Counted from the first letter of the stretch, positions 19,048-29,271 are shown. The stretch: DNA of 64,000 nt from an uncultured delta proteobacterium (GCA_963785235.1 CAWAUM010000011.1:64001-128000), one strand, 5' to 3'. Numbers and translations: made by a program. The notes: generated by a model not told the origin, from the sequence alone.

Positions 19048-19643
19048 AGGTCCTGGCGGCCACCTCCAACAGGGGAAAGATCAGCGAAATCTCCCAGATC
19101 CTTTCCGGCACGGGCATAAGCATTCTTACCCCGCAGGAGACTGGCCTGAGTCTTGATGTTGAGGAAAACGGCGACACCTTTGAGGCCAATGCACTCATAA
19201 AGGCTCGTGCCTGGCGCATAGCAAGCGGATATCCGACCCTGGCAGACGATTCGGGCCTGTGCGTGGATGCCCTTGCCGGCAGGCCCGGTGTCCATACAGC
19301 CAGGTTCGCAGGTGATAACGCCACCGATCAGGAAAATTACGAACTGCTGCTCAAGCTCATGGAAGGGGTCACGGACAGGAAGGCCCATTTCATGTGTGTT
19401 GTTGCCCTTGCCATCTCCGATGACAAGGTGATTACCGCAACGGGACGGTGCGACGGTGTCATTTTACATGGGCCCATGGGTGAGGACGGGTTCGGCTATG
19501 ACCCGGTATTTTTTGATCTTCAGACCGGAAAGAGCTTTGCCCAGCTTACGGACAACGAAAAAAATGCGCGCAGCCACAGGGGCCGGGCCCTCATATCCTT
19601 GAAGCAGAAGCTTGAAGAGCAGGGGCTCATAGGGCATAGGTGA
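19044..19643 (+). CDS. rdgB: dITP/XTP pyrophosphatase (Ham1 family)
   Basis: [25 protein letters not shown]; ATGA overlap with rph. Confidence 0.95.
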   Translation: MKVLAATSNRGKISEISQILSGTGISILTPQETGLSLDVEENGDTFEANALIKARAWRIASGYPTLADDSGLCVDALAGRPGVHTARFAGDNATDQENYELLLKLMEGVTDRKAHFMCVVALAISDDKVITATGRCDGVILHGPMGEDGFGYDPVFFDLQTGKSFAQLTDNEKNARSHRGRALISLKQKLEEQGLIGHR

Positions 19644-19737
19644 GGCGCTGTTTCGGGGCTTATCTTTATTCCATTCTGCATTAAAGTGAGCCTTCGTATC
19701 TTCTTAGAACATTTTGTCTGTTGATAAAAAAACCTGA

Positions 19738-19806
19738 CCTGTTAAAAACATGCGTCTCGCCCTGCCGGCATAATTTCTCCGGAGCGAGACGCATGTTTTT
19801 AACAGG
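19738..19806. repeat. 23-bp perfect inverted repeat (long hairpin 1)
   Basis: CCTGTTAAAAACATGCGTCTCGC ... GCGAGACGCATGTTTTTAACAGG. Confidence 0.85.
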
Positions 19807-19853
19807 CTATGTTTTTATCCGGATTTTGCGTTTATGATGGGTGAAAACCTTTT

Positions 19854-19939
19854 ACCGTTCAAAACATCAATCTCGCAGCCTTTGTGGAGTGCTGATTTTA
19901 TCGGTTCTTCTAGGCTGCGGAATTGATGTTTTGAACGGT
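19854..19939. repeat. 28-bp inverted repeat with 2 mismatches (long hairpin 2)
   Basis: ACCGTTCAAAACATCAATCTCGCAGCCT ... AGGCTGCGGAATTGATGTTTTGAACGGT. Confidence 0.85.
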
Positions 19940-20077
19940 CCGATTAAAAAACAATTCCATGGTTTTCTGAAGTGGTTGGCTTAAAGAAAATTAGGGGGTA
20001 TACACGGGTCTCCTCGTGCACATGTCTCCATGTTGTAGTAAGATGAGTATTCTTCTGCGGAAAGGAGGCCTTTTGCA

Positions 20078-20479
20078 ATGCCCTACGAGCTCATCGACCA
20101 TACTGCGGATATGGGTTTGCGGGTGAGTGCACCCAGCACGGAAGGCCTGTTCGAAGAGGCTGCCTATGCCCTTGCCGACATCATGGGCGGACGCAGCGAT
20201 GAAGGCAGGGAAGAGGTTATGGTGGAGTCGCAGGGTATCGACCTGGTGGACCTGTTCGTGAGGTGGCTCCAGGAGATACTCTATCTCATTGAGGTGAAGG
20301 GTTTCAGGCTCAGGGCTGCAACCATTCAGAGTTTGACCGGGACTCTGGCTAGGGGTGTCATTCAAGGGGCATATACCGATAGTCCGCTCACAACCGAGAT
20401 CAAGGCCGTCACCTATCATAACCTCGATATCACCCATAGTGACAATGACTTCACCGTAACCATAATTCTCGATAGGTAA
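20078..20479 (+). CDS. archease (RtcB activator)
   Basis: YELIDHTADMG at the N-terminus and EIKAVTYH...ILD at the C-terminus; directly upstream of rtcB. Confidence 0.93.
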   Translation: MPYELIDHTADMGLRVSAPSTEGLFEEAAYALADIMGGRSDEGREEVMVESQGIDLVDLFVRWLQEILYLIEVKGFRLRAATIQSLTGTLARGVIQGAYTDSPLTTEIKAVTYHNLDITHSDNDFTVTIILDR

Positions 20480-20493
20480 AGGGGGACAAGTAT

Positions 20494-21936
20494 ATGACCA
20501 CCCTGAAAACAAGACGCATCGATCCCTTTCGTATCGAGATAGAAAGATCAGGGGCCATGCGGACAACCGGCCTTGTTTATGCGAACCACGCCATCGAGCG
20601 AACACTCGAACACGATGAGGTGCTGCAGCAGGTGGCAAATGTAGCCATGCTGCCCGGCATCATCGGGCCTTCGCTGGCCATGCCGGACATTCATGTGGGC
20701 TATGGGTTCCCCATAGGCGGCGTAGCCGCATTCTCAAAAGATGATGGCATCATCTCGCCCGGCGGTGTTGGCTATGACATAAACTGCGGTGTGTGCTGCA
20801 TGCTCACCGGCCTGAGGATCGATCAGGTGAGACCCAGGCAGGAAAAGCTGCTGGCCTCACTGTTCAGCAAAGTACCCTCGGGTGTGGGGTCGAGCAACAA
20901 GGGCATGGCCGTGGGCAGCAAGGAGTTCAGGCAGGTGCTCGAAAAGGGTGCGCTCTGGGCAGCCAAGAAGGGCTACGTCCCCCAAGAAGACCTTGATGCC
21001 CACGAGGATGGAGGCTGCATGGAGGGGGCAAACCCTGATGCCGTATCAGGAAGGGCCATGGAACGTGGCCAGCCCCAGATGGGCACCCTGGGCTCGGGCA
21101 ATCATTTCCTGGAGCTTGATGTGGTCGATCTCATCATCGACAGCGAAAAGGCAAAACACTTCGGGCTTTTTGAAGGCCAGGTGGTTGTCCAGGTGCACAC
21201 GGGCTCGCGCGGCCTTGGTCACCAGGTCTGTGACGATTATGTGCATGATATGGTTGCAGCATCCTCGCGCCATGGAATCAGCCTGCCGGACAGACAGCTT
21301 GCCTGCGCCCCGGTCATGAGCAAGGAAGGCAGGGCCTATTTCGGGGCAATGGCCTGTGCCGCCAACTTTGCCTTTGCCAACCGGGCGATCATCACCTTTC
21401 TCATCCGGGGAACCTTTGAGCAGGTCTTTGGGGGCTCCTTTGAAAGGCTGGGCATGCATCTGCTGTATGACTGCTGCCACAACATCGCCAAGATGGAGCG
21501 TGTCATGTGGAAGGGATCGGCCACAGAGGTATGCATCCACCGCAAAGGCGCTACCCGGTCGTTGCCGCCTGGCGACAAGAGGCTGCCGCAGCGCTTCAGG
21601 AAGACAGGCCAGCCGGTGCTTGTGCCCGGCGATATGGGCAGGATGTCATTTATCCTTGCAGGGGCGATAGGGTCGTCCGAGACATTTTTCAGCGCCTGCC
21701 ACGGGGCGGGAAGACTCCTGTCCCGGCATGAGGCGAAAAAGCGTTCAAAGGGGAGACAGATCCTTGAAGAACTGCTCAGGAAGGACATCCATGCCATGGC
21801 TGCCTCCCGGGCAACACTGGCTGAAGAAATCCCGGAGGCCTACAAGGATGTATCGGACGTTGTAGACACCATTACCGGGGCCGGCATTGCCACGGCAGTG
21901 GCCAGGCTCAAACCCTTTGCCCTGGTCAAGGGGTAG
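20494..21936 (+). CDS. rtcB: RNA-splicing/repair ligase RtcB (archaeal/eukaryotic-like type)
   Basis: MPDIHVGYGFPIGGV, GYDINCG, GTLGSGNHFLE, HTGSRGLG, HRKGAT, HGAGR, AYKD. Confidence 0.96.
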   Translation: MTTLKTRRIDPFRIEIERSGAMRTTGLVYANHAIERTLEHDEVLQQVANVAMLPGIIGPSLAMPDIHVGYGFPIGGVAAFSKDDGIISPGGVGYDINCGVCCMLTGLRIDQVRPRQEKLLASLFSKVPSGVGSSNKGMAVGSKEFRQVLEKGALWAAKKGYVPQEDLDAHEDGGCMEGANPDAVSGRAMERGQPQMGTLGSGNHFLELDVVDLIIDSEKAKHFGLFEGQVVVQVHTGSRGLGHQVCDDYVHDMVAASSRHGISLPDRQLACAPVMSKEGRAYFGAMACAANFAFANRAIITFLIRGTFEQVFGGSFERLGMHLLYDCCHNIAKMERVMWKGSATEVCIHRKGATRSLPPGDKRLPQRFRKTGQPVLVPGDMGRMSFILAGAIGSSETFFSACHGAGRLLSRHEAKKRSKGRQILEELLRKDIHAMAASRATLAEEIPEAYKDVSDVVDTITGAGIATAVARLKPFALVKG

Positions 21937-21943
21937 ATCAGGC

Positions 21944-22594
21944 TTAGGCTGGTTTCGCCGGTTCTGTTGCTGTTGCTGTTGCTGCTGCAGCGGCCTCTTC
22001 TTCGGTTACAGGAGCGGCCTCTGCGGCGCGGGTGGTTACAAGTGACGCAATAACCTTTTTCTCGCTCACGCCATGTCCAAGGGCCACGCCCTCGGGAAGC
22101 TTCAGGTCAGAGGCATGGATGACATTGTGCTTGTCAATGATACCTGAGATATCCACCACGATCTCCGATGGGATATCCGCAGGGGAACACTTGAGGTGGA
22201 TGGAAGTTTCTTCGTGGGTAATCTTGCCCTTGCCCTCTTTTTCGCCGGGAGAGACGCCTACGAAAACCAGCGGTACATTCACCGTGACCTGCCTGTTGGC
22301 CTCGACCTTCAGAAATTCCACATGGAGGGCCTCACCCCTGAGCTTATTCCTATGGACCGCATGGATGAGCACCTGGATGGTCTTGCCGCCAAGCTGAAGA
22401 TTTACCAGCGATGTCCCATGGGCCTTTTTGTAGAGCTGCTCGAACGGCCGTTCACCAACCTGGACATGAATGGGCTCGAAATCCTTCCCGTGAATGATGC
22501 CGGGTATGACGCCTTCTCTGCGAAGCTTGCTTACCTTCTTCTTTCTCAATACACGCTCGCTGATTTCAAGGTTAAGCTCTTGTTTTGCCGTCAT
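21944..22594 (-). CDS. rplY: 50S ribosomal protein L25/Ctc
   Basis: LRREGVIPGIIHG, HVEF, VPLVFVG...G, IP..IVVDIS; Ala/Glu-rich tail. Confidence 0.9.
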   Translation of the reverse strand: MTAKQELNLEISERVLRKKKVSKLRREGVIPGIIHGKDFEPIHVQVGERPFEQLYKKAHGTSLVNLQLGGKTIQVLIHAVHRNKLRGEALHVEFLKVEANRQVTVNVPLVFVGVSPGEKEGKGKITHEETSIHLKCSPADIPSEIVVDISGIIDKHNVIHASDLKLPEGVALGHGVSEKKVIASLVTTRAAEAAPVTEEEAAAAATATATEPAKPA

Positions 22595-22741
22595 ACAATC
22601 TCCTCCGCTATTTAAAATAGAGACTCTCTATACTGGGAAGCCTAGGATTAAGTCAATGGGGAAGTCCATAGCACAGAAAATGTGCAGGGGTAAACCGTTT
22701 GAGAAAACCTTCTTAATACCCCTGCAACGCTGATTGTCCCC

Positions 22742-22818
22742 TTGACATCAATTCTCCTTTGGGCATAATGGTTCCTCCATGATACTGGTAGTTTCACTAC
22801 CGGTATTTTTCATTTTTT
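22742..22818 (+). promoter_or_regulatory. greA promoter and leader terminator (attenuator)
   Basis: TTGACA(22742)-16 bp-CATAAT; hairpin ATACTGGTAGT-TTC-ACTACCGGTAT plus T-run at 22782-22818. Confidence 0.6.
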
Positions 22819-22832
22819 AAGAAGGACCTGCT

Positions 22833-23306
22833 ATGAAACGTAGTCCCATAACGAAAGAAGGCTATGCAGCGCTCAGGGAAGAGCTTGCGCGGTTGAAAAA
22901 ACACGAGCGGCCGAAGATCATCGCTGCCATCGAAGAGGCCAGGGGGCATGGGGATCTATCGGAGAATGCAGAATATAAATATGCCAAGGAGCGGCAGGCC
23001 TTAATCGAGGTCCGGATGCAGGATCTGGAAAACAAGCTGGGCAATGCAGAGATAATCGACACCACCAAGCTGCCTGCAGACCGTATTGTTTTCGGGTCCA
23101 AGTTCATGCTGAGCAATATTGATACGGACGAAGAGTTCTGTTACCAGATCGTGGGTGTGGACGAGTCCGACCTCAACAAGGGTAAGATATCCGTGGAGTC
23201 ACCCATGGCCAAGGCCCTTATCGGTAAGAGGATTTCAGACGAGATCATTGTAGACACCCCGAACGGCAAGCGGGAATTCGAGATACTCGATATCATCAGT
23301 GTTTAA
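22833..23306 (+). CDS. greA: transcription elongation factor GreA
   Basis: ARGHGDLSENAEY, ISVESPMAKALIGK. Confidence 0.96.
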   Translation: MKRSPITKEGYAALREELARLKKHERPKIIAAIEEARGHGDLSENAEYKYAKERQALIEVRMQDLENKLGNAEIIDTTKLPADRIVFGSKFMLSNIDTDEEFCYQIVGVDESDLNKGKISVESPMAKALIGKRISDEIIVDTPNGKREFEILDIISV

Positions 23307-23402
23307 AAAGCAGGCAGAACATCTTCGGCTTCATTCACCCCCTTGCCGAAATAATAAAAAGCATGGTTATCTATTTGAGTATGGTCACCGATCTATATTA
23401 AG

Positions 23403-24776
23403 ATGCGCAACATGAAGAAACAGCTCATTACGACCCTCTTGTGTTCTTTCTTTCTCATAGGTGCAATCAGCCAGTCAGCGACTACCTATACGGTCCAAAG
23501 CGGGGATACCCTCTCCAGGATCGCTGCCAGGTACATGCCGTATACCGCTGCCTATACGAAGAAGGAGCTTATAAACAACATCAAGGAGATCAACAAGATC
23601 GACGGCTCCCTCTCGCTGGGACAAACACTGAGCATACCCGTTGTCTGGGACCAGCCGCTTAAACCAAAGACCATAGCGAAACCCAAGATCTTCGCAGCCA
23701 AGGGCCTCTATATGAATACGTCCTCGGCAGGAACACGGATCATCCTTGATTCTGCTGCCAAGCTCAAGAAGTTTGGCGGGAACACACTTGTTTTCGACGC
23801 CAAGGATGATTTGGGCGCCATCACCTTTCCCAGTTCCTTACGGGCGAAGTATTGCCCCGCAGAGAAGTATACACCCAACATCGAAGAGCTGCCCAAGATG
23901 ATAGAATACCTGCATCGCGCCGGAGTACATGTGGTGGCGCGGGTGGTGATGTTCAGAGATCCGATCATGTCGCGGGTTCAGCCCGGCTGGTGTATGAACA
24001 AGGAAAAGCAATGGCTTGACCCTGCAAACCCGGAGGTGCAGGAATATCTCCTGAGCGTGGTAAAGGAACTCTCAGGCAGCGGCGTGGATGAGATCCAGCT
24101 GGATTATTTCCGCTATTTTGCAGATGGAAAGACCACGACGGGCAGGGAAGGTGTCCAGCGGACGGATGTAATAGCAGGTTTCCTGAAGAAAGTGCACGAC
24201 GTTACTGAGCCGAAGGGCATTCTTTTATCCCTGGACATGTTCGGGATCGTGATCTGGCAGAAGGATGAGGATGTGCTTGTGGTAGGCCAGGATGTGACAA
24301 AGATGAAGCCATATGTGGACATCATCTCGCCCATGCTCTACCCCTCGCATTTCAGCTCCGGTTTCGCAGGGGTGAAGAACCCTGCCGATGATCCCTACCG
24401 CTTTATATTCAGCGGGGTAAAAAGGATGAAGGAACTCGTAGGCGATGAGGTGGTAATCCGCCCATGGCTCCAGTCATTTCCGCTGCGTGTGACAAAGGGG
24501 TTCGGCCCGAAATACATCCAGGCCCAGATCATTGCATCCAATGATGCCGGGGGTACGGGATGGCTGCTGTGGAGCCCGGGCAATCACTACACCGACTCCT
24601 ATGTGGCCATGCAGAATATCCCGAAGCCCAAGCCCGGGGCTCATAATGCAGGCGCTGGAATAAAGAGAAAGGAAATCAGAGAGCCGGCTCCTGCAAAGAA
24701 TTCCCTGCCATCAGGCCAGCCGGTCGGGGTGATCCAGCAGCCTGCAACAGGGCCTAGGCCAGGTGCCAAGAGCTGA
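23403..24776 (+). CDS. secreted LysM-domain protein with putative glycoside hydrolase (DUF4015-like TIM barrel)
   Basis: Signal peptide, YTVQSGDTLSRIA LysM, DEIQLDYFRY, SPMLYPSH, RPWLQSF. Confidence 0.8.
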   Translation: MRNMKKQLITTLLCSFFLIGAISQSATTYTVQSGDTLSRIAARYMPYTAAYTKKELINNIKEINKIDGSLSLGQTLSIPVVWDQPLKPKTIAKPKIFAAKGLYMNTSSAGTRIILDSAAKLKKFGGNTLVFDAKDDLGAITFPSSLRAKYCPAEKYTPNIEELPKMIEYLHRAGVHVVARVVMFRDPIMSRVQPGWCMNKEKQWLDPANPEVQEYLLSVVKELSGSGVDEIQLDYFRYFADGKTTTGREGVQRTDVIAGFLKKVHDVTEPKGILLSLDMFGIVIWQKDEDVLVVGQDVTKMKPYVDIISPMLYPSHFSSGFAGVKNPADDPYRFIFSGVKRMKELVGDEVVIRPWLQSFPLRVTKGFGPKYIQAQIIASNDAGGTGWLLWSPGNHYTDSYVAMQNIPKPKPGAHNAGAGIKRKEIREPAPAKNSLPSGQPVGVIQQPATGPRPGAKS

Positions 24777-24845
24777 CCTGAGGGATATCAACAAAGATTT
24801 CGCGCTTAAGAAGTGTAAAAACTTTTCCCGTTGAAGAATCAGGCT

Positions 24846-26147
24846 TCAAGGTTCGTCGATCAGCAGCTCTTCTTTTTCTGCTTCACCGATACCCAACACG
24901 GTGATGGACTCAGCCTCCGGCAGCTGTTCCACATCGCGGAGTTTCCTCGCCATTGCCTTAGTCCGGATCTCGGTGAGTTCAATGGTTTGAGACGCCGTGT
25001 TCAACTGTTTCTTGACCTTTGAAAGGACATCTCCGAATTTAGAGAATTCGGTCTTTACCGCTGCAAGTATAGACCATACCTCGTGTGAGCGTTTTGCCAG
25101 GGCCAGGGTCTGGAAACCCATGCGCAGGCTGCTGAGGATCGCAGCCAAAGTAGTGGGGCCTGCAATGACAACACGGTATTTGCTCTGCATCTCTTCAACC
25201 TGGCCGGGCTGGCGGAGGACCTCGGCATAAAGGCCTTCAGTGGGGAGGAACATAATGGCGAAATCCGTGGTCCTGGGCGGATCAATATACTTGCTGCTTA
25301 TATCCCTGGCAGAAGCCTGGACGGCCCTCAGCAAATTGGCTGTTGCCTTTTGGACGGCCTCGGTATCGGCAATATCCGCAGCTTCCACAAGGCGTATATA
25401 GTCCTCCTGGGGAAACTTTGAGTCTATGGGCAGCCAGACATGGGATTCGGCGCTGTCGTCTGTTCCGGGCAGGCGGATGGCATATTCGATAATTTCACGG
25501 GAGTATTCTTTTACCTGCACATTTTTTGCGTATTGTTCAGGGGTGAGTATCTGCTCAAGCAGCGCGCCGAGTTGAACCTCGGCCCAGGTGCCCCGCACCT
25601 TGACATTGGTAAGGACCCGCTTCAGGTCTCCGACCCCGGTTGCAAGGTTCTGCATTTCTCCAAGGCCGCGCTGGACCGCTTCAAGGCGGTCGCTCACCAG
25701 CTTGAACGACTCACCCAATCGCTTTTCAAGTGTGTTGTGCAGCTTCTCGTCAACGGTCTGCCGCATTTGATCAAGCCTTTTTTCATTGCTTTCCTGTATA
25801 CTTTTAAGCTGGTTCTCAATGATGCCGCGGACACTCTCCATACGTGCTTCATTCGACTCTGTTAATTCCTTGATCCGTTTGGCAACCAGTTCCTGATTTT
25901 CATTTTGCGATCTTCCCATTTCACAAATAGTATTCACCAACGTTTCCGAATAGGTCTTCTGAACCATGGACATCTCTTCACGCAGCTCTCGTGAAGCCTT
26001 AGCCGTGTCTTCTCTTACAATACGAAATTCATCACGCAGCGCCTGATCAAGCTGACCTGTCTGGGTTGCCGATTTTCTTGTAATGAAGATCAGGACAACA
26101 AATCCCACTGATAAAACAATCAGTATAAAGAGAAGAACCGTTTCCAT
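24846..26147 (-). CDS. rmuC: DNA recombination protein RmuC
   Basis: N-terminal TM, coiled coil, KVRGTWAE, PIDSKFP, TTDFAIMFLPTEGLYAE, GPTTL. Confidence 0.93.
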   Translation of the reverse strand: METVLLFILIVLSVGFVVLIFITRKSATQTGQLDQALRDEFRIVREDTAKASRELREEMSMVQKTYSETLVNTICEMGRSQNENQELVAKRIKELTESNEARMESVRGIIENQLKSIQESNEKRLDQMRQTVDEKLHNTLEKRLGESFKLVSDRLEAVQRGLGEMQNLATGVGDLKRVLTNVKVRGTWAEVQLGALLEQILTPEQYAKNVQVKEYSREIIEYAIRLPGTDDSAESHVWLPIDSKFPQEDYIRLVEAADIADTEAVQKATANLLRAVQASARDISSKYIDPPRTTDFAIMFLPTEGLYAEVLRQPGQVEEMQSKYRVVIAGPTTLAAILSSLRMGFQTLALAKRSHEVWSILAAVKTEFSKFGDVLSKVKKQLNTASQTIELTEIRTKAMARKLRDVEQLPEAESITVLGIGEAEKEELLIDEP

Positions 26148-26372
26148 GAAAAAGCTCCTTTATTGAGTCTTGTAAACTCATGCTGGAACATGTGCCCGGG
26201 TTTTACTCATGCAATCTCACTCATGAACACGATCATTTTATTTTGGCCCGTCTTCCGGGATAGGTAATCTATTGGAGCACATTAGCGGACTAGTATTCAA
26301 GGTTGAAATTGAAGGGATGTATTCACAAGATGCAAGGCCTTTGTTGAAGCCTGGGTTATCCCGACTGATGAT

Positions 26373-27872
26373 TCAAGTCTCCTCGCACAGCGATCTGATC
26401 CCGTCCAGCACCACCCGGGTTGCCGTGCAGTCGTCCTCATTGTACTCCAATATGCGCTGCCTGATAGCGGGATCGCCTGTCTCAATCCACCGGTGGTACC
26501 ATTCAATGGAATCCGCCCCGGAAGGGCTCTGGTCCCTCCACCCAAAGCCCAGAAAGGTCGCCAGGGTCTTTATGGAATGATCCATGGTGGGCCAATGCGT
26601 GCAGGGGACAACAACCCCGTAATACAGATCAACTGCAATACTCGGATCAAACATCTCCTTTATCTGCTGTTCGCTTGCTATGTCCGGGTATCTTTTTTGA
26701 AGCCTTCTCCACCATGTATGTTCGTACCTTGAATAGAAGAACAGGGTGCAGGGGAATGACGAGCGCACATATTCCCAGGCTGATGCAAAGGCCCGCCTCT
26801 CTCCATCCTGGTCAGGGGTTTCTGCAAGGAATGCCATATACCGCTCGGTGGATCTGTCCCGCCCGGTCCGCTCTACAAATCCGTGGAGGTAGCAGATGTC
26901 ACGCATGGGGTCTGTCTCGATATCAAAGAACAGCTCCTTGTCGCGCTCCGGAAGATGAGGTCGTTTCTTTATGACGGGGCGTGCCTGTACATCGGCTATA
27001 AGGCATGCCCTTGTATGGAATTTTTTCAATGTGCTCGCGTTGATACCTTCGAATACCGTCTTTTTGCCGCTCATGAGCGTGGCAGGGTCTGTGAGGGCAA
27101 ACTGCCTGACGCTTTTAATCCGTGGATACATTGCATCGCGCCTTTTTCTCCCCAGCTCCGGGATGAGGGTGAGGTCATCGAGTGTGCGCAACTGCTGCTT
27201 GCACAATGAGTTCCAATGGCAGAGCTTGCAGGTGCCGCTGCTGTATGCCGGCAATGTCGTTTCCTTCAGGCTCACTATGCGCCGGGCCTGCTCCAGAGAG
27301 TCCCGGTACAGCTTCCAGAGGGTATCCCCTGTTCCAGGGCCTGTTTGAATATCCAGGTCATAGTATATCTTCCGGCCATGGATATCCCATATGAACGGAT
27401 GCCTGCCGGCAGAGACCCCCATCCTTTCCAGTATGTCGGTATACAGGCTGAGCTGGAGGGCGTAGTGCTTTTTCGGCCTCCGGCCAGGCTGATCCCCGGA
27501 GCCATCCTTTAATCCTGAGCCGCTCTTGATATCGCCCGCCGCATAGCCCGTTTCCATTCGCAGCAGAAGGTCCGGCTCTCCAAGGAGATCGCAAAAGCGT
27601 ATACGGCCCCCATAGATCAGGCCGTCCCCCCTTGTCATGGCCTGACAGGTAAGTTGCTCGCGAACATCATCTTCCAAGACGCTGAAATCGGAAAAGGGAA
27701 TCCGGAGACCGTCTATCACCTCTTTCTCATAGGCAGTGCCTTTTTCCCACAGCAGCTGAACGAACCTGCTTTCCGGGTCTCTCTTTGCCTGGTCCTCATG
27801 GACATCGAGGAACAACCGGTGCGGGCATTGGGCCAGATTGTAGAGCATCGATGCAGTGATCGGACGACTCAT
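26373..27872 (-). CDS. TM0106-family RecB-like nuclease with C-terminal RNase H-like domain
   Basis: N-terminal CPHR, PDLL...DIK, QLSLY, CKLCHWNSLC, FFDIE, YNEDDC. Confidence 0.85.
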   Translation of the reverse strand: MSRPITASMLYNLAQCPHRLFLDVHEDQAKRDPESRFVQLLWEKGTAYEKEVIDGLRIPFSDFSVLEDDVREQLTCQAMTRGDGLIYGGRIRFCDLLGEPDLLLRMETGYAAGDIKSGSGLKDGSGDQPGRRPKKHYALQLSLYTDILERMGVSAGRHPFIWDIHGRKIYYDLDIQTGPGTGDTLWKLYRDSLEQARRIVSLKETTLPAYSSGTCKLCHWNSLCKQQLRTLDDLTLIPELGRKRRDAMYPRIKSVRQFALTDPATLMSGKKTVFEGINASTLKKFHTRACLIADVQARPVIKKRPHLPERDKELFFDIETDPMRDICYLHGFVERTGRDRSTERYMAFLAETPDQDGERRAFASAWEYVRSSFPCTLFFYSRYEHTWWRRLQKRYPDIASEQQIKEMFDPSIAVDLYYGVVVPCTHWPTMDHSIKTLATFLGFGWRDQSPSGADSIEWYHRWIETGDPAIRQRILEYNEDDCTATRVVLDGIRSLCEET

Positions 27873-28112
27873 CAGTTAATCTCCAAAAATGATAACAGGT
27901 TATTAACACAAAATAATTAAAAAATGACAAGGGATTGTAATGAAAAGAAACTCAGCGAAACGTTACTATCAGAAAACACAAACTTCATTTTGTATTGTTT
28001 TGGCCTGTTTTATGAGAGTTTTCATCTATACAGGGTGGCTGCATTTGTGTAAAACACTAGATAAGTGGGAGTTATGCAGTTCCAAACATACCTGAATGGA
28101 GGGATGGTTCTG

Positions 28113-28544
28113 ATGAAGACATTTAAAGAACTTCGGAAATCAAAGGGATTGACCATGGGCAGCCTGGCTGAACTCAGTGGTGTATCGGCAAAAACCGTAT
28201 CCGTGTACGAGCAGGAACCGCCTGCACGGCCAAGCAGAAAGGTCGTGGGCAAGCTCTCTGAAGCTCTCAAGATCAAGCCGGAAGAACTTATGGCATGCAT
28301 ATATCCCGCAAAGAAGGGCACAGGCGTACGGGGCAGCGTGACCACAGAAGACAACATCATGCTGGAAGAAGTGCATGTGAACAGGCTCGTCAGGCTCATT
28401 GACAAAGAGCTCGAAGAACTCCGCTACATACTTCTGGAAAGTGTTGAACTCGCTGATGATTATCCCTCCATCGGCAAATGCATGGACATGGTCGCCTTTG
28501 ACATTGAGCTGCTCTCTGAGATAAAGGGTCGGTTCCTGGAGTAA
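28113..28544 (+). CDS. XRE-family HTH transcriptional regulator
   Basis: FKELRKSKGLTMGSLAELSGVSAKTVSVYE HTH; SD GGAGG. Confidence 0.8.
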   Translation: MKTFKELRKSKGLTMGSLAELSGVSAKTVSVYEQEPPARPSRKVVGKLSEALKIKPEELMACIYPAKKGTGVRGSVTTEDNIMLEEVHVNRLVRLIDKELEELRYILLESVELADDYPSIGKCMDMVAFDIELLSEIKGRFLE

Positions 28545-28611
28545 TTGAGGAAGTGAGACGAGATATTCTTTCAGGCAGGACAACTATCGCAAGATCACAT
28601 AAAGAGCATAG

Positions 28612-29271
28612 ATGATCATCCTTGATAATGTCACAAAGATCTATCACGATACCGTCTATGCTGTCCGGGACATATCCCTGAACATTGAAAAAGGCGACCT
28701 GTGCTTCATTGTCGGGCCATCCGGTGCAGGCAAGACAACGCTGTTGAAGCTCATGTTCGGCATGGAGGCCCCATCACGGGGCACTGTGGGTGTCTTCGGC
28801 CGGAATCTTGCGGGACTCAGCGCTTCGAGTATTCAGGCCATCAGGCGCCATACAGGGTTTGTATTTCAGGACTTCAGGCTCATCGAAGACTGGACTGTCT
28901 TTAACAACGCCGCCATCATCCTGGAGATCCTGGGCAAGCCGGCTGTATATGTCAGGGGCAGGGTGTGGAGAATGCTCAAATGGGTCGGGCTCCAGCACAA
29001 GGTATATGAGCGGGCCAGGGACCTTTCAGGCGGCGAGAGGCAACGCCTCGCCCTTGTACGTGCAATGATCCATGATCCTGACATTATCCTGGCGGATGAA
29101 CCTGTGGGAAACCTTGATGAATCCATGGCCAGGTATATGATGAATGTGTTCCTGAAGCTCAATAAAAAGGGCACAACCATCATTATAGCCAGCCATCGAA
29201 GCGACCCGCTCATGGATTATGCAAAGATCATCCACATGGAACGAGGCGGCATCACGGGTGAGGGCACGTAA
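28612..29271 (+). CDS. ftsE: cell division ATP-binding protein FtsE
   Basis: GPSGAGKTT, VFQDFRL, LSGGERQR, LADEP; followed by ftsX. Confidence 0.88.
   Translation: MIILDNVTKIYHDTVYAVRDISLNIEKGDLCFIVGPSGAGKTTLLKLMFGMEAPSRGTVGVFGRNLAGLSASSIQAIRRHTGFVFQDFRLIEDWTVFNNAAIILEILGKPAVYVRGRVWRMLKWVGLQHKVYERARDLSGGERQRLALVRAMIHDPDIILADEPVGNLDESMARYMMNVFLKLNKKGTTIIIASHRSDPLMDYAKIIHMERGGITGEGT

Noticed and set aside
19738-19939. Hairpins as a Y RNA or tRNA-like RtcB partner of known type
   Set aside because: No Ro60/Rsr gene and no T-loop or cloverleaf features are visible. They are kept only as unexplained hairpins.
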